This document shows, one piece after another, positions 20,201-27,593 of a stretch of DNA of 58,961 bases (the first letter of the stretch is position 1; each line of letters begins with the position of its first letter). The DNA is from an uncultured Collinsella sp. Its GTDB lineage: Bacteria; Actinomycetota; Coriobacteriia; Coriobacteriales; Coriobacteriaceae. The notes beneath the pieces are model-generated. The model saw only the letters and a list, made by a program, of their open reading frames with translations. It was not told where the DNA came from and ran no database searches. Both the position numbers and the translations under genes were made by a program. The stretch is from the NCBI GenBank assembly GCA_900544755.1, contig UQWQ01000001.1, forward strand, positions 1 through 58,961, in the 5' to 3' direction.

Positions 20201-22117
20201 TACGCTAACCTTGGAAAAGATGCACACGTGCTTACGAGCTTTGGCGAGCCGATGACGGGTCTGCTTACCTGGACATACAATTCTGCCAATGGGAAGGAAG
20301 TCGACTTTGGCTGGGACAGCTATATGGCTGCTGGCGGCTCGATGAAGGGGCTCGGCAAGAGTATCCTCTTCAATGGTGCCGACGGAAGGTTGCCCCAGGG
20401 CACCCAGCTTACGCTCATCGATGCGAACGTTGATGGCAAGGCCGGTGGCAGAGAGTATCACTATACGGTGGGCGAAGGCGGAGCAACGAGCGTTTCCCTG
20501 AGCGGAAACGACGGCTTTAAGGATTCTGCGGGCAATCCATATCAGGAGCGATGGCTGAGCGAGATCTTGGGTGTGTCGGCCACGCAGGATGGCGCCGGCA
20601 CATGGACCGTGTGTGATAACGAGGCAGAGGCGACCGCTAAAGCGAAACTCGATGGCAAGTGGACGCTGTTTAAGGTTGCGGGTGCTGACGTTCCCAGCAA
20701 CAGTCGCTATACGCTAAAGGTACCCAAGGAGAAGGATACCGGCAGAGAGAAGCGTGCATCGGAGAGCGTCTACCTAGTTGTCAACGTGCCCAAGTCGGGC
20801 GACGGCGTGACGCAAGCTAGTATCAACGGTTTTACGGCTTCGTCTATTGACTCGAATTCTTCGGGTGGCCGCATATCTTGGAATCTGCATCATGTTTTAC
20901 GCACCGATGGCAGCGACGATATTCAAAACAGTACGGCATCGACATACAGTATCTTGTCCAATTATGAGCAGAATGTAGTCGACAAAAAAGATGGGGCGTG
21001 CATTCCGGTTTCGAAGTCGGAGGACGGTGCCGCCTACGTTCTTTCTCTCGATGTCATGGATACGGTTACGTTTAGCCCGAGCCAATACTATACAGAGAGC
21101 GACCATCTGTTCTATCAGCTCGATACATCGCTGTGTCGCTATGGCGCCAACAACAACCTAATGGGAGTAAGCAGTTTCCCGAGCGGAACTTCGGCAATTG
21201 CGAAGTTCTATGTTGCCATCGGCAATCAGAACTACAGGTGGAGTGGCAGCGATTGGGAGCCGTATGACGCTTCGACGCCTGCGTTTACACAGATTGTGAC
21301 GGATACGGGTGATGACTCACTGAGGCTCACACTCGACCATGACCTTGCCGGAATCCGCAAGCGTGCAGCGGGCGGATCCTTTACCGTGCGTACGGTAGTG
21401 GAAGAGATTCGCCTTACGCCGGACGGCTGCAACAAGGTTATCTCCCTGTCCAAGCAGTCTGGCGAGGACGCCTGTACCAAGATGTCCTATACCGCCAAGC
21501 TTTCGACGCGTAAGGAAGGCCTTAATACCTCGAGCCTGACGCAGACGAAGCGCGGTAACGTCGGGTACTATCGCATGGACACGGGTGATACGACCATTAC
21601 GCTTTCTGCGCCAGATAAGTCGCAGCTTGGCATTAACGTGGACGACCTGCGTCCGATCGCGAATGGCACGATTGGTCTGGGTGCCACGTATGAACTGGGT
21701 GGACTCAGCAACGCCGCCGAGGCAATTGCGAACGCAGACTCTGTTGTGTACACGCTCTCGCTTCAGCGCCGCGGAACCGACGGCACGTATGAGAGCGTAA
21801 CGGATGATATCTCAAACTACGTAACAGTGACGGAGAGTAAGCTTGCCGCGGTCGCTCCCTCCGGTAGCACGATCACCTTCACTGACTCGAAGGAGAACGG
21901 CAAGTTCAAAACGAAGAACGGTAATACGACGTTTAGCCTGCCCTTTACCGTTAAGGTCAACACGCAGGTTGAACAGCGTGAGCAGTTCTACGCGAACTAT
22001 CGCTTGGTGATGACAGCGAGCCTGGTTAAGGGTGACGTGGCGAGCGCAACGCCTCAATCGCCCGACTATGTGACCTATACGCTCACGAGGGTGAACCTCA
22101 ACGGCATCGACCACTAG
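11270..22117 (+). CDS. Giant (~3615 aa) secreted GLUG-motif / beta-helix-like surface protein; operon gene 4
   Basis: AGAGGT RBS, ATG 11270; signal peptide MRTAKRILAEFMTVIMVLQACSPTVAAVAA; D/A/S-rich linker; many xGGxxG motifs, two FQGxG...PFxG modules, GCGTYGDPYSI; no LPxTG or C-terminal TM helix. Confidence 0.85.
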   Translation: MRTAKRILAEFMTVIMVLQACSPTVAAVAAGWQNISSEIAAASAEASDAAESGETKSDVTTGSGSSDTGAAGDGAEDDAAKDDAAAGDTSDSAAGSDSAGDQAEGDDSAGDTAADDAEQDADDAVSEDAAAQANATINTLDELVRLLKANGAESIVCKDDNSGIKSLDVKLSAAFTILSNADASLYYDAQIKVIITGDAKLTESANNGMSFQGFGSDEHPFEGKIYRSLNGVDSPVELTTNRTVFNNLKLTDQNNTVKIKWVGATTYSAPMIASKVSGGGKTLNAVVNIANPVGTDGTDTTSALTAPLLGEAMGDLTTEVTYGPAGSLEKLNVNAAGNIGLLANTVKSGTFTVGSVKFPDSLAAGGVVKTSSGNAGLLVGTVEDGATLNVGTLNVPAATVQSASGSAGGVVGLVGSNTGATVNVTEALDLHMLTVKGTTASGGFIGKATRLTLGSDSEKFTCPANVGDANSKSSGGFIGDVSFAGPVEFTDNDQIDTGEGVNLGQSGDTGAGGVFGLLDTTNGDVAISGGSYTSKLVTGSSSIYGGLVGRIQDVTNTEKSNNTLHIKTDAAGNRCSVDTTCSVAPRLAGGLVGWVAKSNNTGGVVIVDGADVTCHSPKANGKNCGFGGVVGALDSGYSVGGRSRFGILDCGDVRVETDKNESIACGAGIVGSAWNGGLRLRGTTDLSDCKLEANGNTSQILRSLDGCAPLVFALGSGSDAEATNDNYWLYKRPAAARIDDLTYNQVIRLTGEEGKLSKDLIKLDESTFYQPLCNLSGAPDAGSSAGYSWGKQLRSQNGDGKSGTYLINDADTFACIAMTVQTNGYFGGVFGIGTANITSWYGNSGNAISITSDIDLRGTGLEGLACDGSGQVNAFVGAVEGNHHTVTLAIGEPYGTRNGNALGANDSTEGNGKIYRHSRLGLFAAIGGSTANNQIATVNNLTVDGSIKFDNGLGVDAGSLAATITGKATLSGVTCKPKITCDDTFGNDVNIGGIAGSVRGGGTVTFDSSNISGSTKAQATVKTGATLNGNTRIGGAIGYVADVVAIVNVTSLEVGDATASENAITAGDSASNKKSQIGGLIGCITQGTAANATNVNITGLSFDSFSMTVGKNRDAKNGAGGLLGYSWGNTVVTIGDSSKNTSDSTYALKTNNASITANSSGELGGLVYAASGHWVINNYAIDLSGATINAESATTLGLLVGRGSKVASGVYGSESYTGLYLEDRAYWGTAYKVSGITVNASEKLSEFDEWVGNGKKPGSKLMDGEWNTVVSLHTYTDKLDMSGNAENDNSYKNRSNFGASHNTNGSIRYYYNLDRAYSALSANGKDYIAQKSVQLTAPEELLLWSACRYAPAEVQKYIAPGMTGVNVGLNSITVYINGGTSSEQKTIDLRGYSYYPAQPGGNVFVQDVNIKFCHSDIKSEYANNKSNSAGTQHENMHCGLLRTINANLTVGNVTLGGTIGIAVSDGDTSKAGPGGTVSGALVCRYIYGSSTSVKQVSINNLTLDGLTVDGVTDTTGYAPLLINEMQTYVNLSATNISAKGYEGDTKAATSLFGRLGVGSTADQVTATFSAISLPSATDNAMFTRASLLESFGYGEGKTGSAVYTFMMDDQTNDKVTFGSEIDSKGEYSGKQLWYYDESTYGTPAGLVTVDNKEANADTPQFGGYLPYVKKGNVNENKVQYHEIKVNQRVPKLTTGCGTYGDPYSITKASELNTVAEYINTQNAIDGWEVTIAANQEELCQRRSSSENTENEVTYIYKQANKTWERKTGEGTTDPNNALDDATMHSYLQSAYYSIEPVDSEGNGSDTLVLDTTAFQGLGNQSNPFRGVVVGNLRDGGLATIKINKPEGASALSGLIPYSYGSVVSNLNIEYSGMPVSIAYKSKDASGVPGAFFGGVIGCIMGGDNIIDGVSVNADAGFSVAGAAGDNGGGAHLVPVGGYVGAVAGGGVIFRNSSRGDGALNPWHSAGTSLYDNPYVGRVIDGYAFSELADGKSLDNTDRNYKVNNLDTSKTGCIKTDATQGRYRGDDANSSAITTTVNDSQGLLVLSAIISSGAAGGSANTNTTNDAYGTYAGSRAYMGGNNAKGVYQFGNKQYGKVRNASYTHVGRPASAADDFANAKNDDMKSPGIQLEGNALDYTSDGSDVNSPYLVKKYATWQTGNICAAQVSGMDLQFKAGETYDMTTYGTGYTGLSGRYYSNACASGKGADRDRIVPLVACINGNGATIKVGSKEASKVYGVTEYADDNYKLTGVGALFGTVTYTSTNVRGSIGTPGTDGAAAVGNGGYTVQNLKFDDCNISLTYINAAGAPSGAGDEQVGVGLLAGTTANASSLADYGKYAGITMDNCRVNGPNNVGGLLGASGYGSRRTDKDATLLVNRNDESRATTRYSPVKLYDCSYSNMDISGVQNVGGFVGKLNKNSAGGVWTKTNMSIAKNSTIVSTASNARTGGVVGLAGGGFLVNTDDAGTPSQGAEKAEISNVTLQPAASSATEGTGGLIGRSENGIVSVYNLCIQGDVQSKTVFGVRGSNNLKYVAGAVGEAASGGAFKFDSCVIKDIHLGARECSAGLIGDLKGGCALEVKNSTITGLVVDGSYSGGVVGSIGNTANSVTLLNSTIGENNFTGSKNAAWNSSLGSCSGGVSGDGRGSFRLVNVLMDRNIFGAQTSQGYLFGNSSSADLVNVFVAGIAIRPNSASESLKLMRNSSGADDLKKVNRKSYIAFAAYEDKLSDAKGATLYGNDAANGNVTPAVSPYVTTSPTSGLAVRASDADTAGRYLFGDGMNVGLATAIQNPSSPGVANRYTYTNIGGINDDGADQNTSSYNAKSVASMFNANNDASDSKVATDFPVLVISGNDNTTVKSYLNIVTNGGFSDACRLNNENGTNPHVTAKAEVFQLKDGVFVKDGDASNNPTLRVVNNGKNNMSFSPSSDWDNGKGRFTLLTVTFTEAGQSYNVQVPIIVKRKLEIDFTATYDYGTQFKEKDYANLGKDAHVLTSFGEPMTGLLTWTYNSANGKEVDFGWDSYMAAGGSMKGLGKSILFNGADGRLPQGTQLTLIDANVDGKAGGREYHYTVGEGGATSVSLSGNDGFKDSAGNPYQERWLSEILGVSATQDGAGTWTVCDNEAEATAKAKLDGKWTLFKVAGADVPSNSRYTLKVPKEKDTGREKRASESVYLVVNVPKSGDGVTQASINGFTASSIDSNSSGGRISWNLHHVLRTDGSDDIQNSTASTYSILSNYEQNVVDKKDGACIPVSKSEDGAAYVLSLDVMDTVTFSPSQYYTESDHLFYQLDTSLCRYGANNNLMGVSSFPSGTSAIAKFYVAIGNQNYRWSGSDWEPYDASTPAFTQIVTDTGDDSLRLTLDHDLAGIRKRAAGGSFTVRTVVEEIRLTPDGCNKVISLSKQSGEDACTKMSYTAKLSTRKEGLNTSSLTQTKRGNVGYYRMDTGDTTITLSAPDKSQLGINVDDLRPIANGTIGLGATYELGGLSNAAEAIANADSVVYTLSLQRRGTDGTYESVTDDISNYVTVTESKLAAVAPSGSTITFTDSKENGKFKTKNGNTTFSLPFTVKVNTQVEQREQFYANYRLVMTASLVKGDVASATPQSPDYVTYTLTRVNLNGIDH

Positions 22118-22140
22118 TTCCGAAGCCAACTGGCTTCGCA

Positions 22141-22175
22141 AAGGGGGCGGCAACCACCCGGTTGCCGCCCCTTTT
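22141..22175 (+). terminator. Intrinsic terminator closing the four-gene operon
   Basis: GGGGCGGCAACC-ACCC-GGTTGCCGCCCC followed by TTTT. Confidence 0.85.
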
Positions 22176-22205
22176 CTAGTCTGCGCGATCCCAGTCTTGG
22201 ACTCT

Positions 22206-22412
22206 GCTGAACAGTTAGTTCAGATACGTATAATTCCAGACCGCAGCAGGCGCATTCGGCGCTCGTTTTGGGGAAGAAAGGGGCTCAAAACTAGGGTTCG
22301 GTAGCCATCTGGGCTCGATTTGCGTGCAATGAGTCGCCAAAGAACCCTCTCCGGGGACCATAGCGCAGCTTTATCAGCATAGAAAAATACGTATCTGAAC
22401 TAACTGTCCAGC
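22206..22412. repeat. 207-bp element with 26-bp terminal inverted repeats (MITE-like)
   Basis: GCTGAACAGTTAGTTCAGATACGTAT (22206-22231) versus ATACGTATCTGAACTAACTGTCCAGC (22387-22412), 25/26 complementary. Confidence 0.8.
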
Positions 22413-22807
22413 CGCCGTTGGAGAAAGGTGTTTTAGTTCTCCCGACCCCTCCACCAAGCTTTCCAACTTTCCACTTAACTTAACACCTAAGGTGGAAAGC
22501 TGGGTAGAAAGCTGGAAAGTAAGCGGAAGACTGACATGCTAGCTCAGAGGCTAGAGGGGCTAATAATTATGAAGACCATACCAAGCGAAACAAAAAGATA
22601 CCAATCTGGTTGGTAAAACACGCTCAATGAGCTGCGAGCTAACTAGACGCGTAAATAGAACGTAAAGAAATGTCGCAAATAAATGGCAAATGTCCAGATG
22701 CCGCCGTTGCTATTTTCGATTAACTGCTACGCGGGAACAGCAAAATGCTACTATCTAACATGCACGTAAGAAAGCAGATTAACGGTTAAGGCTAAGAAGT
22801 GGCAGGT

Positions 22808-23203
22808 ATGTCGGAAGCAACTAGGACTCGCACGCATGCGCCTGAGATTAGGCAGCGCGCCGTCGAGATCCTCCAAGAGGGGGTCGGTCATCGCGCCCTT
22901 GCCGCGGAGCTTGGCATTCCCCAGGCCACGGCTCGTCAGTGGGCCCGCGCGTATGCCGTGGGCGGTGCCGACGCCGTTCTCAACGCCGGTTCGCATCATC
23001 ACACCTATTCGTTCGAAGTTAAGCTCGCCGTGGTTAAGGATCGCTTGGAAAACGGCCTGACGGTTCGCGAGGCCATGATCAAGCACAAGATTCCCAGCGG
23101 GTCTTCAGTCAAGGCTTGGTGCCGCCAGTATCGCGAGAGCGGTGAGTCCGCACTGGTTGATAAGCCGCGCGGACGCAAGCCGCGCGTTAAAAAGGTGGAA
23201 TAG
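22808..23203 (+). CDS. Tandem-HTH protein resembling IS3/IS150 OrfA, with no OrfB
   Basis: Two HTH units (TARQWARAYAVGG; YSFEVKLAVV..SVKAWCRQYRESG) and PRGRKP tail; no DDE frame downstream. Confidence 0.75.
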   Translation: MSEATRTRTHAPEIRQRAVEILQEGVGHRALAAELGIPQATARQWARAYAVGGADAVLNAGSHHHTYSFEVKLAVVKDRLENGLTVREAMIKHKIPSGSSVKAWCRQYRESGESALVDKPRGRKPRVKKVE

Positions 23204-23383
23204 CAAACGGGATGGTGCGCCCACAGGGGCGCATTTTTCTTGCCGCCCCTCTGCTCCAATGCGGGCGTGCCCTTACCCCGTACGCCTAAAACTCCCCAGT
23301 TGACCGAAAACCTGCCGCCGCTACTCCTCAATTGAGCTATAACGTTAAACAATTGCAGCGTTTTTGCATGGGGGAGTGATGGT

Positions 23384-26266
23384 ATGACGCTACTGTATTT
23401 CCTTACCCTGTTTCCGCTGGTACCGGCGCTGGGCATGCTGCTCGCGCGCGGTGACCGCGCCCGCGATGCGGTGGGGCTCATAGGCTCCGGCATTATTATG
23501 GCGGTGACAGTTGTAGTCGCCGTCATGTTTTTTGGCACGGGTCCGCAGAGCTTTGAGGTTGCCCCCGGCACCTCGCATGTGCTCTCGATCGTCAGTTCCG
23601 TTATCGACGTCATCCTGTGCGCTGTCATCCTGTACAACGCGTACAAATATAGGAACGCGCTCACCACGGTGCTCGGCATAGTCCAGCTGGTGGGCTCGCT
23701 CGCCTTTGCAGCCATGACGCTGCCCGCGGCCGAAGCCGTCACCGCCACGCCGCTCTACCTGGATTACATGAGTGTGATCATGGTACTTGCCGTCGGCATC
23801 GTCGGCAGCCTAATCTGCGTGTATGCCCTGGGCTACATGAAGGACTTCCAGGCCCATGACGAGCACGAGGCAGCGCTGCGCGGGCAGGCGGCGCCCGACC
23901 GACGCCCGCAGTTCCTGGCGCTTATGTTCCTGTTCCTCTCGGCCATGTTCGTCATCGTGACAAGCGACAACCTTGAGTGGCTGTTCTGTGGCTGGGAAAT
24001 CACCACCGTGTGCTCGTTCCTCATGATTGGCTACACGCGCACGCCCGAGGCCATCAAGAACGCCTTCACCCAGATCATCCTCAACATGCTGGGCGGCATC
24101 GCGTTTTTGGCCGGACTCATGTACCTGCACGTTAACGGCATGCCGCTGACCATCTCGGGCATGATCGAGCTTTCCGGCACCGGAACCGCGCAATCCGCGC
24201 TGCTGGTGATGCCGGTCGTTCTGCTGTCGCTCGCCGCACTCACCAAGGCCGCACAGATGCCGTTCCACACTTGGCTGTTGGGTGCCATGGTTGCCCCTAC
24301 GCCCACGAGCGCCCTGCTGCACTCGTCCACCATGGTCAAAGCCGGCGTGTTCCTGATGGTCAAGCTCAGCCCGCTCTATGCCATCTATCCCGTGACCGGC
24401 TTTATGGTCACGAGCGTGGGCGCCATCACGTTTTTGCTCGCTGCCCTCATGGCCATCTCGCAGAGCAACGCCAAACGCGTGCTTGCGTACTCCACCATTT
24501 CCAACTTGGGCCTTATCAGCGCCTGCCTGGGTGTCGGCGCGCCCGAGGCCGTATGGGCCGCCATCTTCCTGATCCTGTTCCACACGGTGGCCAAGTCGCT
24601 GCTGTTCCTGTGCGTGGGCACGGCCGAGCATCATATCGGCAGCCGCAATATCGAGGACATGGACGGTATGTTCAGCCGCATGCCGCACCTTACGCGTCTG
24701 ATGATGCTGGGCATCATGGGCATGTTCGTGGCACCGTTTGGCATGCTCGTGTCCAAGTGGGGCGCCCTGGTGGCGTTCGCGCAGACCGGCAACGTGCTCA
24801 TGATCATGGTGCTTGCCTTTGGCTCGGCCGCGACGTTCTTCTTCTGGGGCAAGTGGCTTGCCAAGCTATCGGGCGTCGACCCCACGGCTCAAAACGTTGA
24901 GGTCAATGTCCATAAGACCGAATGGATGGCCCTCAACACCATCGCCGCGCTGCTGATTCTTTGCTGCGTGGCGTTCCCGCTCATCTCGAGCGGCCTGGTG
25001 TCGCCTTACTTGGCCATGGTGTTTGGCCGCGTGCCGTACGTTATTGGCAAGGACTCCATGTATCTGATGGTGGTTATCGTGGCGTTTATCGCCGTGGTGC
25101 TGCTGACTTCATTCCGCGTGAGCAACAAACCGCACGTCAACGTGTACCTTTCGGGTGTGGGGACCGACAAATATCGCCATTTCCGTGGCTCGATGGGACA
25201 CGAGGTGAAGGCCGAAAAGCGCAATTGGTACTCGGAGGACGCCCTTGGCGAGAAGCGTATTGGCCCCGCGGGTAGCGTCGTGTGTTGCAGCATTATCTTG
25301 TTTGCGCTGCTGTGTTGCGCGTGGATTGGGCCCGAGCGGCTTGCCATGAGCGCGCCCTCGGTGCTGCGCGGCAAGTATTTCGAAGGCTCGGGCGTCGTGG
25401 GCATTTTTATTGGCACCGTGGCGTTTGCTTTGCTGGCGCCGCTTGTGGGCGGCCTGATCGACGGCCTTGACCGTAAGCTTTCGGCTCGCATGCAGGGCCG
25501 CGTGGGTCCGCGTCTGCTGCAGCCCTTCTACGACGTTGCCAAACTGCTGCGCAAGGCCCCTGCCAGCGTAAACACCATGGACGATACCTATATGGCATGT
25601 GCGCTCATCTTTACCGTGGTAGGCGGCGGCATCTTTGTGTCGGGTTCCAACACGCTGCTGTGCGCTTTTATGGTGACGCTCGCCGCGATCTTTGTGGTGC
25701 TGGCGTCCGCCTCGACGCAAAGCCCGTTTGCGCAGGTCGGCGCCGATCGCGAGCTGCTGCAGGTTATGAGCTACGAGCCCGCCGTTCTGCTGATGAGCGT
25801 GGGCCTGTACCTTGCCACCGACAGCTTCGATTCCATTGCCGTGACGGGGCAGTCAGCCCCCATCATCGTGTACAGCGCGCCCATTTTCCTTGCGCTGCTC
25901 GCGGTGCTTACCATCAAGCTACGCAAGTCGCCGTTCGACCTTTCGTACTCGCATCACGCGCATCAGGAGATTGTCCAGGGCGTCGCCACCGAGATGAGCG
26001 GCAGCACGCTGGCCAAGATGACCCTTATGCACTGGTGCGAGACCGTGCTGTTTTTGATGTGGGTGGGCATGTTCTTTGTCTGGGACAACCCGGTGAGCTG
26101 GGCCGTAGCCCTGGTCGTGATGGCCGCGACGTATTTTGTCGAGGTACTGATCGATAACACCTTCGCCCGTAGCACCTGGCGCAGCTGCTTTAAGCTCGGC
26201 TGGGGCGTGGCGCTGGTGTTTGGCCTGCTCAACCTTATGCCCATCCTCGTCGACGTGTTTATTTAG
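23384..26266 (+). CDS. echAB: Energy-converting hydrogenase membrane subunit, EchA (NuoL-like) fused to EchB (NuoH-like)
   Basis: WEITT, KAAQMPFHTWL.AMVAPTPTSALLHSSTMVKAG, then DRKLSARMQGRVGP..QPFYD..KL and KSPFD in one uninterrupted 960-aa ORF. Confidence 0.85.
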   Translation: MTLLYFLTLFPLVPALGMLLARGDRARDAVGLIGSGIIMAVTVVVAVMFFGTGPQSFEVAPGTSHVLSIVSSVIDVILCAVILYNAYKYRNALTTVLGIVQLVGSLAFAAMTLPAAEAVTATPLYLDYMSVIMVLAVGIVGSLICVYALGYMKDFQAHDEHEAALRGQAAPDRRPQFLALMFLFLSAMFVIVTSDNLEWLFCGWEITTVCSFLMIGYTRTPEAIKNAFTQIILNMLGGIAFLAGLMYLHVNGMPLTISGMIELSGTGTAQSALLVMPVVLLSLAALTKAAQMPFHTWLLGAMVAPTPTSALLHSSTMVKAGVFLMVKLSPLYAIYPVTGFMVTSVGAITFLLAALMAISQSNAKRVLAYSTISNLGLISACLGVGAPEAVWAAIFLILFHTVAKSLLFLCVGTAEHHIGSRNIEDMDGMFSRMPHLTRLMMLGIMGMFVAPFGMLVSKWGALVAFAQTGNVLMIMVLAFGSAATFFFWGKWLAKLSGVDPTAQNVEVNVHKTEWMALNTIAALLILCCVAFPLISSGLVSPYLAMVFGRVPYVIGKDSMYLMVVIVAFIAVVLLTSFRVSNKPHVNVYLSGVGTDKYRHFRGSMGHEVKAEKRNWYSEDALGEKRIGPAGSVVCCSIILFALLCCAWIGPERLAMSAPSVLRGKYFEGSGVVGIFIGTVAFALLAPLVGGLIDGLDRKLSARMQGRVGPRLLQPFYDVAKLLRKAPASVNTMDDTYMACALIFTVVGGGIFVSGSNTLLCAFMVTLAAIFVVLASASTQSPFAQVGADRELLQVMSYEPAVLLMSVGLYLATDSFDSIAVTGQSAPIIVYSAPIFLALLAVLTIKLRKSPFDLSYSHHAHQEIVQGVATEMSGSTLAKMTLMHWCETVLFLMWVGMFFVWDNPVSWAVALVVMAATYFVEVLIDNTFARSTWRSCFKLGWGVALVFGLLNLMPILVDVFI

Positions 26267-26278
26267 GAGGCGGCATCC

Positions 26279-26872
26279 ATGGATCATAAAATGTCGCGCT
26301 CACCGTGGGTTATTCATTACGACGGCTCGAGCTGCAACGGATGCGATATCGAGGTGCTGGCCTCGCTTACCCCACTGTTCGATGCGGAGCGCTTTGGCGT
26401 GGTCAACACCGGCAACCCCAAACATGCGGACATCTTTTTGGTGACGGGCTCGGTCAATGCCCAGAACCTGCCCGTCGTGCGTCAGATTTACAACCAGATG
26501 CTCGAGCCCAAGTGCGTGGTGGCGTGCGGCATCTGCGCGTGTTCGGGCGGCGTGTTCCGCGATGCGTACAACGTGATCGGCGGCGTGGACCGCGCGATTC
26601 CCGTGGACGTGTACGCGCCCGGGTGCGCCATTCGCCCCGAGACGGTGATCGATGCCATTGTAGAGGCGTGCGGCATCTTGGACCAGAAGGAGGTCGTGAT
26701 GCGCGCCGGCGGCGATCCGCTCACCGTGGGCGGCGCCGCCACCTGGGACGGTGGCGTTGAGCTGGGCGAGGACGGGTTTGTGGCCGCGGCTGAGGCCGGC
26801 GACGCGCCCGCCGCTGGCGACGCACCTGCTGGGACGCCCGCCGCGTCCGTCGCTGCAAAGGAGGCCGAGTAA
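26279..26872 (+). CDS. echC: Ech hydrogenase small subunit (NuoB-like)
   Basis: SCNGCDIE, NPKHADI, GICACSGG, PGC motifs; Ala-rich tail. Confidence 0.9.
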   Translation: MDHKMSRSPWVIHYDGSSCNGCDIEVLASLTPLFDAERFGVVNTGNPKHADIFLVTGSVNAQNLPVVRQIYNQMLEPKCVVACGICACSGGVFRDAYNVIGGVDRAIPVDVYAPGCAIRPETVIDAIVEACGILDQKEVVMRAGGDPLTVGGAATWDGGVELGEDGFVAAAEAGDAPAAGDAPAGTPAASVAAKEAE

Positions 26873-27588
26873 TGCAAGAGGCAATCTATACCATCGTTGG
26901 GATCGACGAGCTCCTGTCGCATGTCCAGGCGCTTAAGGGCGTCGGTGCGCGCTTTGTGCAAATGCACGCCGAGCGTAACGTCGACGACGGCTCGTATCGC
27001 TTGGTCTATACGTTTATCAACGTTCGTGCTGCTCAGGAGCATATTGCGCAGGGCGGCAGCTATGCGATCGAGAACCTGGTGGTCGAAGGCATCGACCAGT
27101 ACCAGGAGATTCCGTCCATCAGCTCGTATTATCCGGCGGTATTCCCGTTTGAAAACGAAGCGCACGATCTGTTTGGTCTTGCCATCACCGATATGCAGAT
27201 CGACTTTAAGGGCTTTTTCTACCAGGTCTCGACCGCTGAACCCATGAGCGTTATCACGCCCGAGGTGAAGGCCGCGCGCGAGAAGGCCATGAAGGTCCGC
27301 GCGGCTGCCGAGGCCAAGGCGCGCAAGGCCGCTGCCGAGAAGGCCGCCGCGGCTGCGGCTGCTGCAGGGGAGGGCGTTGCGGGCGCCGGCGATGCCGCGG
27401 GCGCCGCTGCTCAGCCCGCTGCGGCTGCCGGCTCCGATGCTCAGCATGACGAGGCCGCGGCCAAGGCCGCACTTAAAGCCGCCGAGATGGAGGCAAAGCT
27501 CGCCGCCATGGATCCCGAGAAAGCGGTCAAGGTCCGCGCGGCGCTTGCCGCCAAGGCCGCCCGCGACAAGCAAAAAAAGGAGGCGTAA
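26872..27588 (+). CDS. echD: Ech hydrogenase subunit D (NuoC-like)
   Basis: IPSISSYYPAVFPFENEAHDLFG; TAATG translational coupling; Ala/Lys-rich C-terminus. Confidence 0.85.
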   Translation: MQEAIYTIVGIDELLSHVQALKGVGARFVQMHAERNVDDGSYRLVYTFINVRAAQEHIAQGGSYAIENLVVEGIDQYQEIPSISSYYPAVFPFENEAHDLFGLAITDMQIDFKGFFYQVSTAEPMSVITPEVKAAREKAMKVRAAAEAKARKAAAEKAAAAAAAAGEGVAGAGDAAGAAAQPAAAAGSDAQHDEAAAKAALKAAEMEAKLAAMDPEKAVKVRAALAAKAARDKQKKEA

Positions 27589-27593
27589 GGCCC

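Noticed and set aside
11270..22117. Sortase-anchored pilus, contact-dependent toxin or DGR target
   Set aside because: No LPxTG or sortase, no recognisable toxin tip or immunity gene after the stop, no reverse transcriptase or template repeat; the LQAC near the N-terminus is a non-canonical lipobox and is not called
22799..23300. Complete IS3-family element
   Set aside because: No DDE OrfB and no terminal inverted repeats found
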